Origin: Candidatus Latescibacterota bacterium | GTDB taxonomy: Bacteria > Latescibacterota > UBA2968 > UBA8231 | Direction: 5' to 3' | Assembly: GCA_965205655.1 (NCBI GenBank) | Contig: CBDBIJ010000022.1 | Span: forward strand, 64,001-128,000 | DNA: 64,000 nucleotides | Shown: positions 19,150-29,804 of the stretch, in pieces | How positions within the stretch are numbered: the stretch's first letter is position 1 | How the letters are laid out: every line of letters starts with the position of its first letter | Program-made: the position numbers and the translations under genes | Notes under the pieces: generated by a model | Told to the model about the DNA's origin: nothing | Databases searched by the model: none | Seen by the model: the letters and a program-made list of their open reading frames with translations, nothing else

Positions 19150-20436
19150 CTACCAGGAATCGACGCCTGCCAGCTTTCGGCCCAACGGAGTGAGCTCGGC
19201 CTCCTCGATATCGAGCTCGAGACCGAATTCGTTGCGCATAAGGTGGGCGACATCGCGTTCGTTCCAGATCCGCTTGTCCCCCCGACCAAACGCCGCCCCA
19301 CCACAGATCGTGTGCTGCCAGTGGTGCTCGTCCCAGATCCGGCTGTCGCCGAGATCGAACACCGCCGGAGACTGGCGCAGGAGATCAGGCAGTTCCGCGA
19401 GCTGATCGCTCGTCAGCCTCGGCGCGTGCTGCGGCTGTGGAATCCGCACAATCGACTCCGTGAGGCCCTCCTCAAAGCTGTCGACGATCGGGAACTTCTG
19501 CCGCTCGGCATCCGCGCGTGTCAGTTCGACGGTCGTGTCGTCCACCGGCTTGACCAACGACTTCTTGACGTAGACCTCCATACCATTTGAGCGAATCTGC
19601 CAGGCCGGATAGGTCGGGTGTTCGCCCACTATCGCACCGATCCGCGCGTGAACGAGATCGCTCGCTCTGTGTTCGGTGAGCCAGCGCTCAGCGTAGGCCT
19701 GGGGCACGCCGAGCGCGTCGGCAACCACCGCCTCATATGATCGCGCCAGCGGCAGAACACCGCTGCCTTCCCTGTCCCCGACTTCCTGCATGAGCATGAA
19801 CTGCGACAGACGCGGCTGATCGGAGCGGTTGGTTCCGTTGCCGTGCAACAGGGCTCGGTGCCAGATGACCAGATCACCGGCTTTGCCGGCAATCGGTTGA
19901 ATGTCGAGCCCTGTCGGATCCGGCCACTTTGGATGGCGGTCCGGCGGTTGGGTCTTTTCCCATTCCTCGAGCCTTCGGTGAAAACCGGGCACGCATTGGA
20001 ACCCGCCCTGGTTCACGTTCGTGTCCGTCAAGTAGAGCACGCCCTGCACTATGAGCGGAATCGGCCTGACGGTCGAATCCATGTCCCAATGGATAAGGCC
20101 GTCGTACTCCCATTTGGGGCCAACCGGTGGGTTCATCGCCACACGATCCTGTGAGACGAACAGTTTCTCTGTGCCCAGAATTTCGGCGAACGCCTGGTGA
20201 ATGCGGGGATACTGTCGGTTCTCCCACAGTGTTTGATGGCGCATCATGTTCAGCAGGCTGCTGCCGGGCGTGCGGGGAATGCCGTACCACTCATCGCGGT
20301 TCGAGAAATCCCTTCCGGAGAAAACCTGCATTGCGTCGAGGACGGCGTCGAGGTTCTCCTGAGGCACGGCATTCGGGATGATGACGTAGCCGTTTTCTCC
20401 CCAGAATTCCCGGTCCCGATCGCTCAAGGCAGCCAT
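19150..20436 (-). CDS. PhyH family dioxygenase with a large C-terminal insertion
   Basis: FWGENGYV, IHWD, QGVLYLTDT, GGFQCVPGFH, AGDLVIWHRALLHGNGTN...PRL. Terminal ELTPLGRKLAGVDSW. Confidence 0.88.
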   Translation of the reverse strand: MAALSDRDREFWGENGYVIIPNAVPQENLDAVLDAMQVFSGRDFSNRDEWYGIPRTPGSSLLNMMRHQTLWENRQYPRIHQAFAEILGTEKLFVSQDRVAMNPPVGPKWEYDGLIHWDMDSTVRPIPLIVQGVLYLTDTNVNQGGFQCVPGFHRRLEEWEKTQPPDRHPKWPDPTGLDIQPIAGKAGDLVIWHRALLHGNGTNRSDQPRLSQFMLMQEVGDREGSGVLPLARSYEAVVADALGVPQAYAERWLTEHRASDLVHARIGAIVGEHPTYPAWQIRSNGMEVYVKKSLVKPVDDTTVELTRADAERQKFPIVDSFEEGLTESIVRIPQPQHAPRLTSDQLAELPDLLRQSPAVFDLGDSRIWDEHHWQHTICGGAAFGRGDKRIWNERDVAHLMRNEFGLELDIEEAELTPLGRKLAGVDSW

Positions 20437-20445
20437 ATTGTCTCC

Positions 20446-22428
20446 TTACCCAACACCGTGAGGGCCCGCCGCGATATGACCGTTGCCGGGGAACCAGATC
20501 GTGTCCACGACGACGGAGAGGGTGACCCCGACGATGTAGCCGATACCCATACCATAGAAGAAAGGTTTGCCCGCCATATAGGCACTGGCGCCACCGTAGC
20601 GCAGCAGTGTCACCTTGGCCGCCCAGACGATGGCGAGGTTGAACCAGTAGAGATCCAGCCAGAACGACTCCTGAAAGGCAAGGCCTACCGGATGCAGAGA
20701 AAACCAGTGGTAGCGGCTCCGCAGGAAGGTCATGACCGCGGCCTGGAGTCCGCCGAAAAGGAACACGCCGATCTTCTCCCAGTCCAGGTGGGTGCGGTAG
20801 TTCAGGAGGTGCACGAGCGGGTCGAAATAGCGCCCCGTCATCCACGCTTCGGAAGTGAACAGTGTGGCGCCGTCGCGGTACCCTACGTCGATCTTGGTCG
20901 CTGCTACCACTATGAACATGACCGCGAAGGTGAGGAGTGCGACTGCAGTTATGGTAGCCGGCTGCCGCCTCAGAGAGAACAGGCGGAGATAATGCGTCAG
21001 CGCCGGCCACGCCGGAATCAGCGATCCGCCAAAAAAAGCCATGCTGGTGAAAAGGTGGAATCCGGTGAGTCCGCGTGCGGAAAACAAATTGGTACCGACC
21101 AGGTCGACGATGAATGGCGCCCCCTTCAGAAACGGTCGGTACGGCACGAGATAGGCGAAACCGGTTGCGGCGATCAGTTTGGCTGTTACGAAGAAGGTCA
21201 ACGACATGAGCAGGAATGAACCGACCGCCAGCGACAGATCCATTCCCAGAGTCATCGCCCACCCTATTATGTAGACCGCCGAGAGCAGCAGGCCGAGCCA
21301 CGCCATTCGATACCGCGCCACCTCGCGCTGATCCCCCTCGCCCCTGAGTGCCAGCTGCCAGGTATGACGCAGGTGACTGCGGGCGATCCAGATGGCCCAC
21401 AGGGCGATGAACATCAATGCCCCGTAGTTCTCCATGAACAGCAGGCGCTCCCCCGATATCTGCTGCCCCTCTGAGCCGAAGGACAGCCCGGTGCGCACGA
21501 GCATTCCCGCCTTGAACAGGCTCATGATGCGGAACAGGATCAGACTGCCGAGGATGTCCACCGGGCACAGGTAGGTCACCGACATGACGAGTGGCATATA
21601 GCGAATGTTCACCCGGTACATATACTCGCTCAATTCGAGGCGAAAAATGCGGGTATTGAAATCGAGATGCAGGAGGCCGGGAGTGAAATGGGTGGCGATG
21701 TTGTAGAGCATCGGCAGGAAGACGACGCCGAATCCGATCCAGAAAAGGCGCCGGCGAAAAAGCTCTGGCATGCGGTGCGGCCCATCCATGCCGCGCAGGA
21801 GATCCAGGGGCAGCTGCGCCAGAGGGAAGGTCAGTTTTTCCCGGTCCTCCCATTGAACTTGGAAAAGCACGAAAATGCAGTAGCCGAATAACACCATGGC
21901 CAGGGATACGCCCAGCCATTGCAGCGTTACGCCAATCCATCCGTCCCACGGTATAGCTGCTCCTGCGGGCAGGCCAAGCCAGAACGTATCCAGCACCCGC
22001 TCGGTTGTGGGCGTCAATACGTGCCAGGGCAGGTAATCGAAGAAGTGCTCTGCGTAGCGATTCTCCGTGGAGGCGAAATGGCTGGGCGAAGCGACGATGG
22101 ATGCCCACCTTCCCAGCCAGCCGGGCAGGGTACCGACGATCCAGAGCATCGCCAGGATAGTGAGCAGCTCGCCCTTCTTCAGAGATATGGCGGGCCAGAC
22201 GCGAGCCAGACCCACATTTGCAATGAGCCAGAGGACGAAGGGCATCAGCGCCAGCATCGGCAACTGGGAATGCACGAACGAACCCACGCCCTGGCGCTCA
22301 GCGATATAGATGAGATAGAGAATCACACCCAGGGTCGTCGCCAGACCCAGGACTATGGCGCGGAGGGTGATTAGGGGCGCTGCGGAATCGTAGTCGCCGT
22401 CAAAAGCGGTAGATCTGGTGGCCGACAT
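20446..22428 (-). CDS. Polytopic membrane protein, DUF6785/DUF6784-like putative transporter
   Basis: 660 aa with many TM segments. TLRAIVLG, QWEDREKLTFPLAQLP, FSLHPVGLA, KVTLLRYGG...KPFFYG motifs. Confidence 0.75.
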   Translation of the reverse strand: MSATRSTAFDGDYDSAAPLITLRAIVLGLATTLGVILYLIYIAERQGVGSFVHSQLPMLALMPFVLWLIANVGLARVWPAISLKKGELLTILAMLWIVGTLPGWLGRWASIVASPSHFASTENRYAEHFFDYLPWHVLTPTTERVLDTFWLGLPAGAAIPWDGWIGVTLQWLGVSLAMVLFGYCIFVLFQVQWEDREKLTFPLAQLPLDLLRGMDGPHRMPELFRRRLFWIGFGVVFLPMLYNIATHFTPGLLHLDFNTRIFRLELSEYMYRVNIRYMPLVMSVTYLCPVDILGSLILFRIMSLFKAGMLVRTGLSFGSEGQQISGERLLFMENYGALMFIALWAIWIARSHLRHTWQLALRGEGDQREVARYRMAWLGLLLSAVYIIGWAMTLGMDLSLAVGSFLLMSLTFFVTAKLIAATGFAYLVPYRPFLKGAPFIVDLVGTNLFSARGLTGFHLFTSMAFFGGSLIPAWPALTHYLRLFSLRRQPATITAVALLTFAVMFIVVAATKIDVGYRDGATLFTSEAWMTGRYFDPLVHLLNYRTHLDWEKIGVFLFGGLQAAVMTFLRSRYHWFSLHPVGLAFQESFWLDLYWFNLAIVWAAKVTLLRYGGASAYMAGKPFFYGMGIGYIVGVTLSVVVDTIWFPGNGHIAAGPHGVG

Positions 22429-22489
22429 GCGGATGAGCGTATATAGAGCAATTGCGGTTGGTCAAGATGGGAGCAGGCGACAACCAGCC

Positions 22490-23833
22490 ATGGACATCGG
22501 ATCCCGACTCGAGCTCTTCGTCGACGACTTCCTCGTCGCCAGCACAACCGGCGACCTCGGGAGCTACCTGCACAGACCCGTACCCGGAAAGCTCGCCATC
22601 ACCTGCGACAAGCCCTGGGAAGGCAACACCAGTGCCTACTTTTCGGTCTTCCACGACGGCGATCTCGTCCGCATATACTATCGCGGCCACCACTGTGACG
22701 GAACCAATGGCAATGAGCTGCACCAGCCGGTGACCTGCTACGCCCAGAGCAACGACGGGCGCACCTGGAAACGCCCACGTGTCGGTCTCTACTCGTACGA
22801 CGGCTCCAGAAACAACAACATAGCCTGGGAGGGCGAAGACGCGTCCACCTTTGCCGTTTTCAGGGACGACAACCCGAAATGCCCCGGTAGTGCCCGTTAC
22901 AAAGCAGTCTCGCAAGACGGCCGGGGCCTGGGAGTTGCACTTCGCGCCTTTCAAAGCCCCGACGGGATTCACTGGAAGCGCATCGGCAGCAAGCCGCTGC
23001 TGACCAGGCACAAGAGTGCCAGGATTCTCTGGTTCGATTCGCAAAACCTCGCTTTCTGGGATGCCGAAGCCGGGCTTTACCGGGTCTATTTCCGCGCCAA
23101 TGATAAACCCATGTTCCGGCGGATCATGACCAGTACCAGCAGGGACTTCAAGACCTGGACCCGGTTCGTGGACCTGAGCTACCCCGGCTCACCCAGGCAG
23201 GAACTCTACACGAATGCCATCCAACCCTACTCGCGAGCGCCGCATATCCTGGTTGGCTTCCCCGCGCGCTACCACAGCAGGAGCCAGCAGGTCGAACCCC
23301 TCTTCATGGCCAGCCGTGACGGCGTGACGTTCACCCGCTACAACGAGCCCGTCATCCCCCGCTCGGCGCCCCGAGATCGCAACCAGAACCGGAGCAACTA
23401 TATGACGTGGGGCATCGTGCATCCTCCCGGCGAACCTGCGAAGATGCTGGTGTACGGTACGGAGGCTTACTACGAGGGTCCCGGCTCCCGAGTGCGGGTC
23501 TTCGAGTATCGCGTCGATGGCTTCGTGTCGATACGGGCTCGCTCGAGAGGCGGTTCGCTGACAACCAGGACATTGACCTTCAGCGGCAAAACGCTACACC
23601 TCAACGTGGCGGCCCGGCGAGGCGGCAGCGTCCGCGTCGAGCTGCAGAACCGATTGGGCCGGCCGATCGCAGGCTTCGCCGCGGCCGACTGCGAGCCGCT
23701 GAAGGGCGATTCAATCGACACCGCCGTCACCTGGAAGCATGGCGCCGACCTGAGCGCCGTGGCCGGCAAACAGGTCCGCATTCGCTTCGTGATGAAAAAC
23801 GCCGACCTTTACGCATTGCAGTTCAGGAGTTAA
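22490..23833 (+). CDS. Putative five-bladed beta-propeller glycoside hydrolase (GH32/GH43-like) with C-terminal beta-sandwich
   Basis: DIGSRLELFVDD, DKPWEG, YAQSNDGRTWKRP, SPDGIHW, FDSQN, SRDGVTF, RVDGFVS, DLYALQF. Confidence 0.75.
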   Translation: MDIGSRLELFVDDFLVASTTGDLGSYLHRPVPGKLAITCDKPWEGNTSAYFSVFHDGDLVRIYYRGHHCDGTNGNELHQPVTCYAQSNDGRTWKRPRVGLYSYDGSRNNNIAWEGEDASTFAVFRDDNPKCPGSARYKAVSQDGRGLGVALRAFQSPDGIHWKRIGSKPLLTRHKSARILWFDSQNLAFWDAEAGLYRVYFRANDKPMFRRIMTSTSRDFKTWTRFVDLSYPGSPRQELYTNAIQPYSRAPHILVGFPARYHSRSQQVEPLFMASRDGVTFTRYNEPVIPRSAPRDRNQNRSNYMTWGIVHPPGEPAKMLVYGTEAYYEGPGSRVRVFEYRVDGFVSIRARSRGGSLTTRTLTFSGKTLHLNVAARRGGSVRVELQNRLGRPIAGFAAADCEPLKGDSIDTAVTWKHGADLSAVAGKQVRIRFVMKNADLYALQFRS

Positions 23834-23907
23834 CGTCGAACCCGCTGCTTGCTACATTCGCGGCTGGCAGCAATTGAAAATTTTCGATCATTCCCAGACT
23901 CGAACGC

Positions 23908-25040
23908 ATGCCAATCCTGCGCCTCAGCGCTTTCACTGTCTCCATCGGTCTTCTGTCGGCCTCTGCCTTTGCCTCGGGCTGCTCGTGCCGTCCGAAGTTC
24001 AAGAGAATCGACGGTACACCGGCCACCGAATTCGTCAACATCCTCACGGGGGTCGGAGGCGGGCGAGCCCAACCAGACCCTCTTACGGACGCAGGTGTCC
24101 GTCTCACCTACCTCGGCACCGGCGGTTATGTTGTCGAGCGGGGTGAGGACGTCATCCTGCTGGCCCCGTTCTTCTCCCACCACTGGTACCTTCGCCTCGG
24201 TTTTTGGAAGGTCTCGTCTGACAAAGATCAGATCAAGAAAATACTCGCGCCGATGGCCACGACAATTGATAGCGCCGCGGCCCTGCTCGTCGGCCATGCC
24301 CATTACGATCATTTGCTGGACGTTCGTTTCGTTGTCACAGAATTTGCACGCAACGCCACGGTGTTTGGCAACCAGACGATGGCCAACATCCTGGCTGCAG
24401 ACCCCAATATCACCGCGGTCTCATTGCTCGACACGGCCGAGCAACGAGACGGAGGCAAGGGCAGGTGGACTGATATCAATAATGGCAGGGTGCGCTTTAT
24501 GGCGATTCGGTCGCATCATGCCCCTAACTTCGCTGGCCTCACCATCGCCAACGGGACAGTAGATCGAGCGCTGAAGAGGTTTCCCAAGAAGGCCGGGGGC
24601 ATGGAGGTAGGAGAGACCCTCGCCTTTATGATCGACTTCATGGATACCACCAGCCGGGACCCGCAGGATAAAGCGTATTCGGAGGTCGCCCTGAGGATCT
24701 ACTATCAGGACTCAGCTCAAGCACCAGCGCCTTACCGGACACCCTTCAGTTCAACCCAACTGGAGGTGGCAAGAGTGTCGACGTGGTTATCGCCTGTGTC
24801 GCCGTCTTCACCGGGGTGCAGGGCGATGCCTACCCCGAGACCATGAAGCAGATCTTCAATCCGAAGCAGATGGTCCTCGGGCACTGGGAAAACTTCTTCC
24901 TGCCTCGAACAACTGCGGTCGCCGACCTTCGCACAGTCCCCAACACCGATCCGGTCGCGTTCACAAACCGGCTCGACGCTTCCAACCCTGCCGGCGGAAC
25001 CTGGGTGCTGCCCATACCGGGAACTCCCCTTACGTACTGA
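23908..25040 (+). CDS. Exported MBL-fold metallo-hydrolase (frameshift near 24718)
   Basis: Signal-like N-terminus, TYLGTGG, GHAHYDHLLD, SHHAP, YYQDSA. Continues in another frame to VDVVIAC...LGHWENFF. Confidence 0.75.
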
Positions 25041-25670
25041 ATGCGCCTGCCATCAACGAAAGGGTTTCTTTGCGGTGCGGTTGTCGCGCTTGCCTGCTGG
25101 CTCCCCGAGCCGTCGTCTGCCGAAGTCACCTTCTTCGCCGTCGGCTACGATCATAACGGCCCTAACCTCGAGCGTCTGCAAAGCCGGCTGGATGGCGCCG
25201 GGCGAACACGGCTGGAACGCGAGCTTTCACTCGGAGGCGGAGGGGACGTGCTGTGGGTCCTGCCCTGGTTTCGCTGGCTTTGGTTGTCTTCGGGGTACAG
25301 CTACTACAATGCCGAGAACGAAGACGGCGTCAGCCTCACGGCCCACACGGTCGAGCTTGGTCCGGCGCTGTACCTCGACCTCTTCCCGCTGGTCGTCCAC
25401 ATCGACATCGGGGCCACCCGGGTCAAGCCCACCTTTGAGGGTCCGCCGGATCTGCTGAAGCAGGATTCAGACAAGTGGCTCTCAGGAGTGCACGGCATCG
25501 TCGGTTTCAGCTACCCGATCAAACGCCAACTCGGCCTGCAGGTGATCCTGCGCTACCAGAACGTTGCCGACTATAGCGTCTCCGGCACCGACGTCGACTT
25601 CGACGGCTGCTCGTTTCGCATCGGGCTCGCCTACCTGCCCGACGAGGATTCGAGACTGCTGAACTGGTAG
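25041..25670 (+). CDS. Small outer-membrane beta-barrel protein
   Basis: Signal peptide ending PSSA, alternating amphipathic strands, FRIGLAY near the C-terminus. Confidence 0.6.
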   Translation: MRLPSTKGFLCGAVVALACWLPEPSSAEVTFFAVGYDHNGPNLERLQSRLDGAGRTRLERELSLGGGGDVLWVLPWFRWLWLSSGYSYYNAENEDGVSLTAHTVELGPALYLDLFPLVVHIDIGATRVKPTFEGPPDLLKQDSDKWLSGVHGIVGFSYPIKRQLGLQVILRYQNVADYSVSGTDVDFDGCSFRIGLAYLPDEDSRLLNW

Positions 25671-25706
25671 CATGCCCAGGCGTACATTGAGTGCAGGAGA
25701 AAACCT

Positions 25707-27384
25707 TTGAGAATTCCGGCGACAATCGCCTGTTGGCTGATCGCGCTGCTGGGCGCCACGTCCGACACACGGGCATCCGAGCTGTCGGACGGGGAGATTG
25801 TGGGAATTCTGAAGTCCCGAGTGGACACGTTCCGGCAAAGCGTGGGGATCGTGGTCGGAATCGTCGACTCGTCCGGCACTCGAGTCGTCGGCTACGGTCC
25901 GAGCCACAAAGGCGGGACAGATCGGGTGAATGGGTCGACGATCTTCGAGGTCGGGTCGATCTCGAAAGCATTCACGGCGATCCTGCTCGCCGACATGGTC
26001 CACAAGGGCGAAGTCTCACTCCGCGATCCCGGTTCTTTGTATCTGCCGTCGGAGGTCGCTCTTCCGCAGCGGTCCGGACGGGAAATCACCCTGCTGGATC
26101 TGGCGACGCACCGATCAGGTCTGCCACGGATGCCTGATCAGCTCTCGGTGGGCGACGTGGTGCCCGGAAACACCTTTTCCGATGAGGACATGTATGCCTT
26201 CCTGTCGGAAACGACGTTGGCTTTCGAGATCGGTGAGCGCTACTACTACTCGAACCTGGCATTCGGGCTGCTCGGACATGTGCTCGCCCGACGGGCAGGT
26301 ACGGGCTACGAGGCCCTGCTGGTACAGCGGGTCTGCGAACCGCTGGGACTGTCTGACACACGTCTGTCGCTCAACGCCGAGCAGCAGACCCGCCTCGCCG
26401 GGCGGCACTCCTGGAATCACGAGCCCGCACCGGAATTGGTTTGGGATGCGATGGCTGCCGCTGGCTATGTGCGATCCACGGCCGAGGATCTGCTGACCTT
26501 CCTGGCGGCGAACATGGACCTCATGTCGTCTGATCTGTGGTACCCACTACAGATGTCACATCTCGATCGGCGTGATACCACCGCAGAACAGCTGGAAATC
26601 GGGGTTGGGATGGCATCTGATTACGACCCACGGTCGCGAGCTCATATGGCATAGCGGCGCCACGTTTGGCCACATGGCCTTCGCCGCCTTCGATAAGGAG
26701 GCTCGACGGGGCGTCGTGGTGCTGTCGAACGCAAGGGGCATCATCGACGACATCGGCCTGCACCTGCTCGACCCGGAGTCGAAGCTGGCCGACTTCAAGG
26801 AAGTCACACCGTTGCCGCCGGCGGTGGACGTGCCGTTCGAGAAGCTGGAACGGTACGCCGGCGAATACGAGTTCGGCCCGAATGCGATCCTCAGCGTCCG
26901 CGCCGAGGATGCGAAGCTCTTCGCCAGCCTGAACGAGGGGCTTCGAATGGAGCTGTATGCGGCTTCCGAAACGGAACTGTTCTCGAACATGACGCCGGCG
27001 ATTTTCGCGTTCGACGTGGACCGGAAAGGGAAGGTGAAGGAGCTCGTCGTGCGGGTGTTCAGTCACGAGCAGAAGGCGAAGAAACTGGAACACTACCGCC
27101 GTCCGCCGAAGCGGACCCGATTCGCCTCCAAGGGCAGCCTGGAGCGGTTCCTCGGACGCTACCGGCTGTCGGATGATGAAGTCATCTCCGTCACCGAAGC
27201 CGCCGACCGACTCCACGTGCAGATGAAGGGCCAGCTGCTAATGCCGCTGGACCCGACGCGCGACGGCTTCTTCGCGCAAGAGGCGGATGCGGAACTGGTG
27301 TTCGTGGAGGATGAGCAGGGGCGGGTGACCCAGTTGGTCGTGCACCAGGACGGGGAACACGTGGGCGTCAAAATCGAGCCGTGA
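25707..27384 (+). CDS. Serine hydrolase (class C beta-lactamase-like family) with two DUF3471-like C-terminal domains; frameshift near 26603
   Basis: FEVGSISK (SxxK), LATHRSGLP, YYSN, WHSGAT. An extra G in the GGGG run splits LEIGLGW. Confidence 0.85.
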
Positions 27385-27406
27385 TTCGCGTCGAGGGTGA
27401 TGCATA

Positions 27407-28180
27407 ATGATCCAGGCCAGAAACCTGTGGAAGACCTTCAAGCTTTCGCGAAAGCAACGGAAGGAGATCGGGCGCGAACAAGCGGGTGACGTGGCCGACG
27501 CGGTGGCGGGAATCGATTTCGAATGTCAGGCTGGCCGGATTTTCACGTTACTCGGCCCAAACGGGGCCGGCAAGACGACGACGTTGCGGATGATCGCGAC
27601 GCTGATGGATCCGACCGCTGGAACGATCGAGGTCTGCGGCTACGACTCGGTGCGGCAGGCGACAGAAGCTCGAAAACAGATCGGATTTCTGACCGGATCG
27701 ACGAAGCTGTACGACCGACTGACACCGCGCGAGGTCATCAAGTTTTTCGCCGATGTGCACGGCGTTTCGAAGAGTAATTTTCAGCGACGACTGGACGAGA
27801 TGGTGACGCTGCTGGACATGAGCGAATTCCTGGGCAAGCGGATCGGCAAGCTCTCGACCGGCATGACCCAGAAGGTATCGATTGCGCGGACGATGATTCA
27901 CGATCCACAGGTGGTCGTGTTCGACGAGCCGACAGTTGGACTCGACGTGATCACCTCGCGGACCATCGTGGACATGATTCGCCGCTGCCGCGAAGCGGGC
28001 AAGACGGTGATTTTTTCAACCCACACCATGGGCGAGGTCAGCATCTTGAGTGACGATCTGGCGATCATCCATCGCGGCAAGCTGTGCTACAACGGTACTT
28101 ACCAGGACTTCCGTGCTGCTTCGCGGAGTGATTCGATGGAACAGGAGTTCATTCGGTATCTCGAGGAGGCGCCGGCTTGA
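27407..28180 (+). CDS. natA: ABC exporter ATP-binding subunit (NatA-like)
   Basis: GPNGAGKTT, LSTGMTQK, VFDEPTVGLD, FSTH. Confidence 0.85.
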   Translation: MIQARNLWKTFKLSRKQRKEIGREQAGDVADAVAGIDFECQAGRIFTLLGPNGAGKTTTLRMIATLMDPTAGTIEVCGYDSVRQATEARKQIGFLTGSTKLYDRLTPREVIKFFADVHGVSKSNFQRRLDEMVTLLDMSEFLGKRIGKLSTGMTQKVSIARTMIHDPQVVVFDEPTVGLDVITSRTIVDMIRRCREAGKTVIFSTHTMGEVSILSDDLAIIHRGKLCYNGTYQDFRAASRSDSMEQEFIRYLEEAPA

Positions 28181-29388
28181 TCTTCATCCTGGTTCGCAAG
28201 GAGCTTCTCGACATACTGAGAGATCGCCGGACGATCATCACCAATATCCTGGCGCCTCTACTGCTGTTTCCCGTCATCATCTTTGCCGTTGGGGCTGTAA
28301 GAGCATCGGCTAAGAAGGAGGCGCAGGAGCGCACTCTGGATGTGGCGATAATCACGCACGGAAACGCCGCCCTGTTGCGCGACATGATCCTTGCCAGAGG
28401 GGACCTGCTCAAACAGGAGGGAGAGTTCCGGATCCGCGAGGACTTGGGTCTGCAGCAGGCACGAGCGATGGTCGAGGCCGACGAACTGGATGCGGCCGTT
28501 TATCTCGACCGGGATTTCGACCGCCTTGTGGACAGCGGCCTGCCCGGGAGGGTCTCCTTCTATTACAAACAGACAGATGAGGGGGAGGAGGAGCGGAAGC
28601 GCCTGAGCCGGATCCTCGAGCAGTACAGGGACCTGTTGTACGAAGCGCGAGTCCAGTCGCTGGGCATCGACCCGCGCCTGGCGCTACATCCCGTCGAGAT
28701 CAACCGGTTCAATCTGGCATCCGACAAGGAGAAGTTCGCCTTTGTCGTGGCCGCCGTCGTGCCCTACCTGTTTGTGATGTTCTCGTTGATCGGATGCATC
28801 CACCCGGCAACCGACCTGTCGGCCGGCGAGAAAGAGCGCGGAACGCTCGAGACTCTGTTGACAGTACCGGCAACGCGCATGCAGATCCTCGCGGCGAAGT
28901 TCGTTGCCGTCTTTCTGAACGGGCTGTTTGCGGCGGGGATCTCGATCGTCGGATTGTACGTCGCGTTCCGGTTGTTCGCGGAGAGCGCGTCCGATATCCA
29001 CAAGGCGGTTTCGGCGATCGTCGAGCCGCAGGTTGTCATTCTCGTGTTATGCCTGCTTCTGCCGATCACGATCCTTTTCGCTGCCCTTTTTCTGACGATC
29101 GGCATTTACGCGAAATCATACAAGGAAGCGCAGAGCATGCTGGGTCCCTGCATGATGGTCGTGCTCGTGCCGCTCTACGTCGGGCTGATCCCGGGTCAGA
29201 AGCTCAGCAACACGACGGCGGCCATCCCGCTGATGAATGTGTCACTCACGATCAAGGAGATCGTCGCGGGCACGGCGGAGCCCTTGATGCTGGCGATCAC
29301 ATACCTGTCGCTGATCGTGACGGCGGGCGTCGCGCTCTCGATCTGCTCTCTCATGTTCCGGAGAGAGTCGGCTGTGTTCAGAAGCTAG
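28177..29388 (+). CDS. natB: ABC-2 type permease (NatB-like)
   Basis: KELLDILRDRRT, AGEKERGTLETLLTVP, AKSYKEAQ, FRRESAVFR. Overlaps the natA stop. Confidence 0.85.
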   Translation: MIFILVRKELLDILRDRRTIITNILAPLLLFPVIIFAVGAVRASAKKEAQERTLDVAIITHGNAALLRDMILARGDLLKQEGEFRIREDLGLQQARAMVEADELDAAVYLDRDFDRLVDSGLPGRVSFYYKQTDEGEEERKRLSRILEQYRDLLYEARVQSLGIDPRLALHPVEINRFNLASDKEKFAFVVAAVVPYLFVMFSLIGCIHPATDLSAGEKERGTLETLLTVPATRMQILAAKFVAVFLNGLFAAGISIVGLYVAFRLFAESASDIHKAVSAIVEPQVVILVLCLLLPITILFAALFLTIGIYAKSYKEAQSMLGPCMMVVLVPLYVGLIPGQKLSNTTAAIPLMNVSLTIKEIVAGTAEPLMLAITYLSLIVTAGVALSICSLMFRRESAVFRS

Positions 29389-29458
29389 GGTACCCGGAAA
29401 TTCCGCCAACTTAGATTCGCTCGGGCCCTGGATCAACGTGTCCCGGAAAGACGCCATC

Positions 29459-29804
29459 ATGAAGTTCAAAGATCTCGATTTGGCCCTTACAGTAAGTCTT
29501 GCGTTGGTAGTGATCTTGACCGCTGAGGGCCGTAGCGAGACGGCAGAGGGCCCCAGCGTTGCGAGGCCCGATCCGCAGGGAATGGTCGAATGGGTGCGTA
29601 ACATCTACGCAGACGGCGCCTGGAACGGGACTCCAGACATCACCCACTGGCGCGGCGACTACTATGTAGTCGTCAATCAGGGCAAGGTCCACCCCGGCCA
29701 CGACGGTCCGGGGATGGTGCTGCGCTCTTCGAGTTTGCAGAAGTGGGAGAAGATTTATACCACATCCAGTACGGCCGTGGACTGCAAACTCCTGGCCCTT
29801 CCCG
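29459..29804 (+). pseudogene. 5' fragment of a secreted sialidase-like propeller protein, truncated by IS256
   Basis: Signal peptide, then VRNIYADGAWNGTPDITHWRGDYY...VLRSSSLQKW. The frame runs into the IS end and no continuation is seen beyond the IS. Confidence 0.65.

Noticed and set aside
20291..22108. Long alternative-frame and antisense ORFs (e.g. 605 aa here, 7336-8835, 44059-45441, 189-920)
   Set aside because: They are Arg/Pro/Gly-rich shadows of clear genes, as expected in high-GC DNA. Only the 3' end of 44059-45441 is real (RidA).
25707..27384. Bona fide beta-lactam resistance gene
   Set aside because: SxxK/YxN serine hydrolases with DUF3471-like domains are widespread peptidases/esterases. 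Motifs alone do not show resistance.
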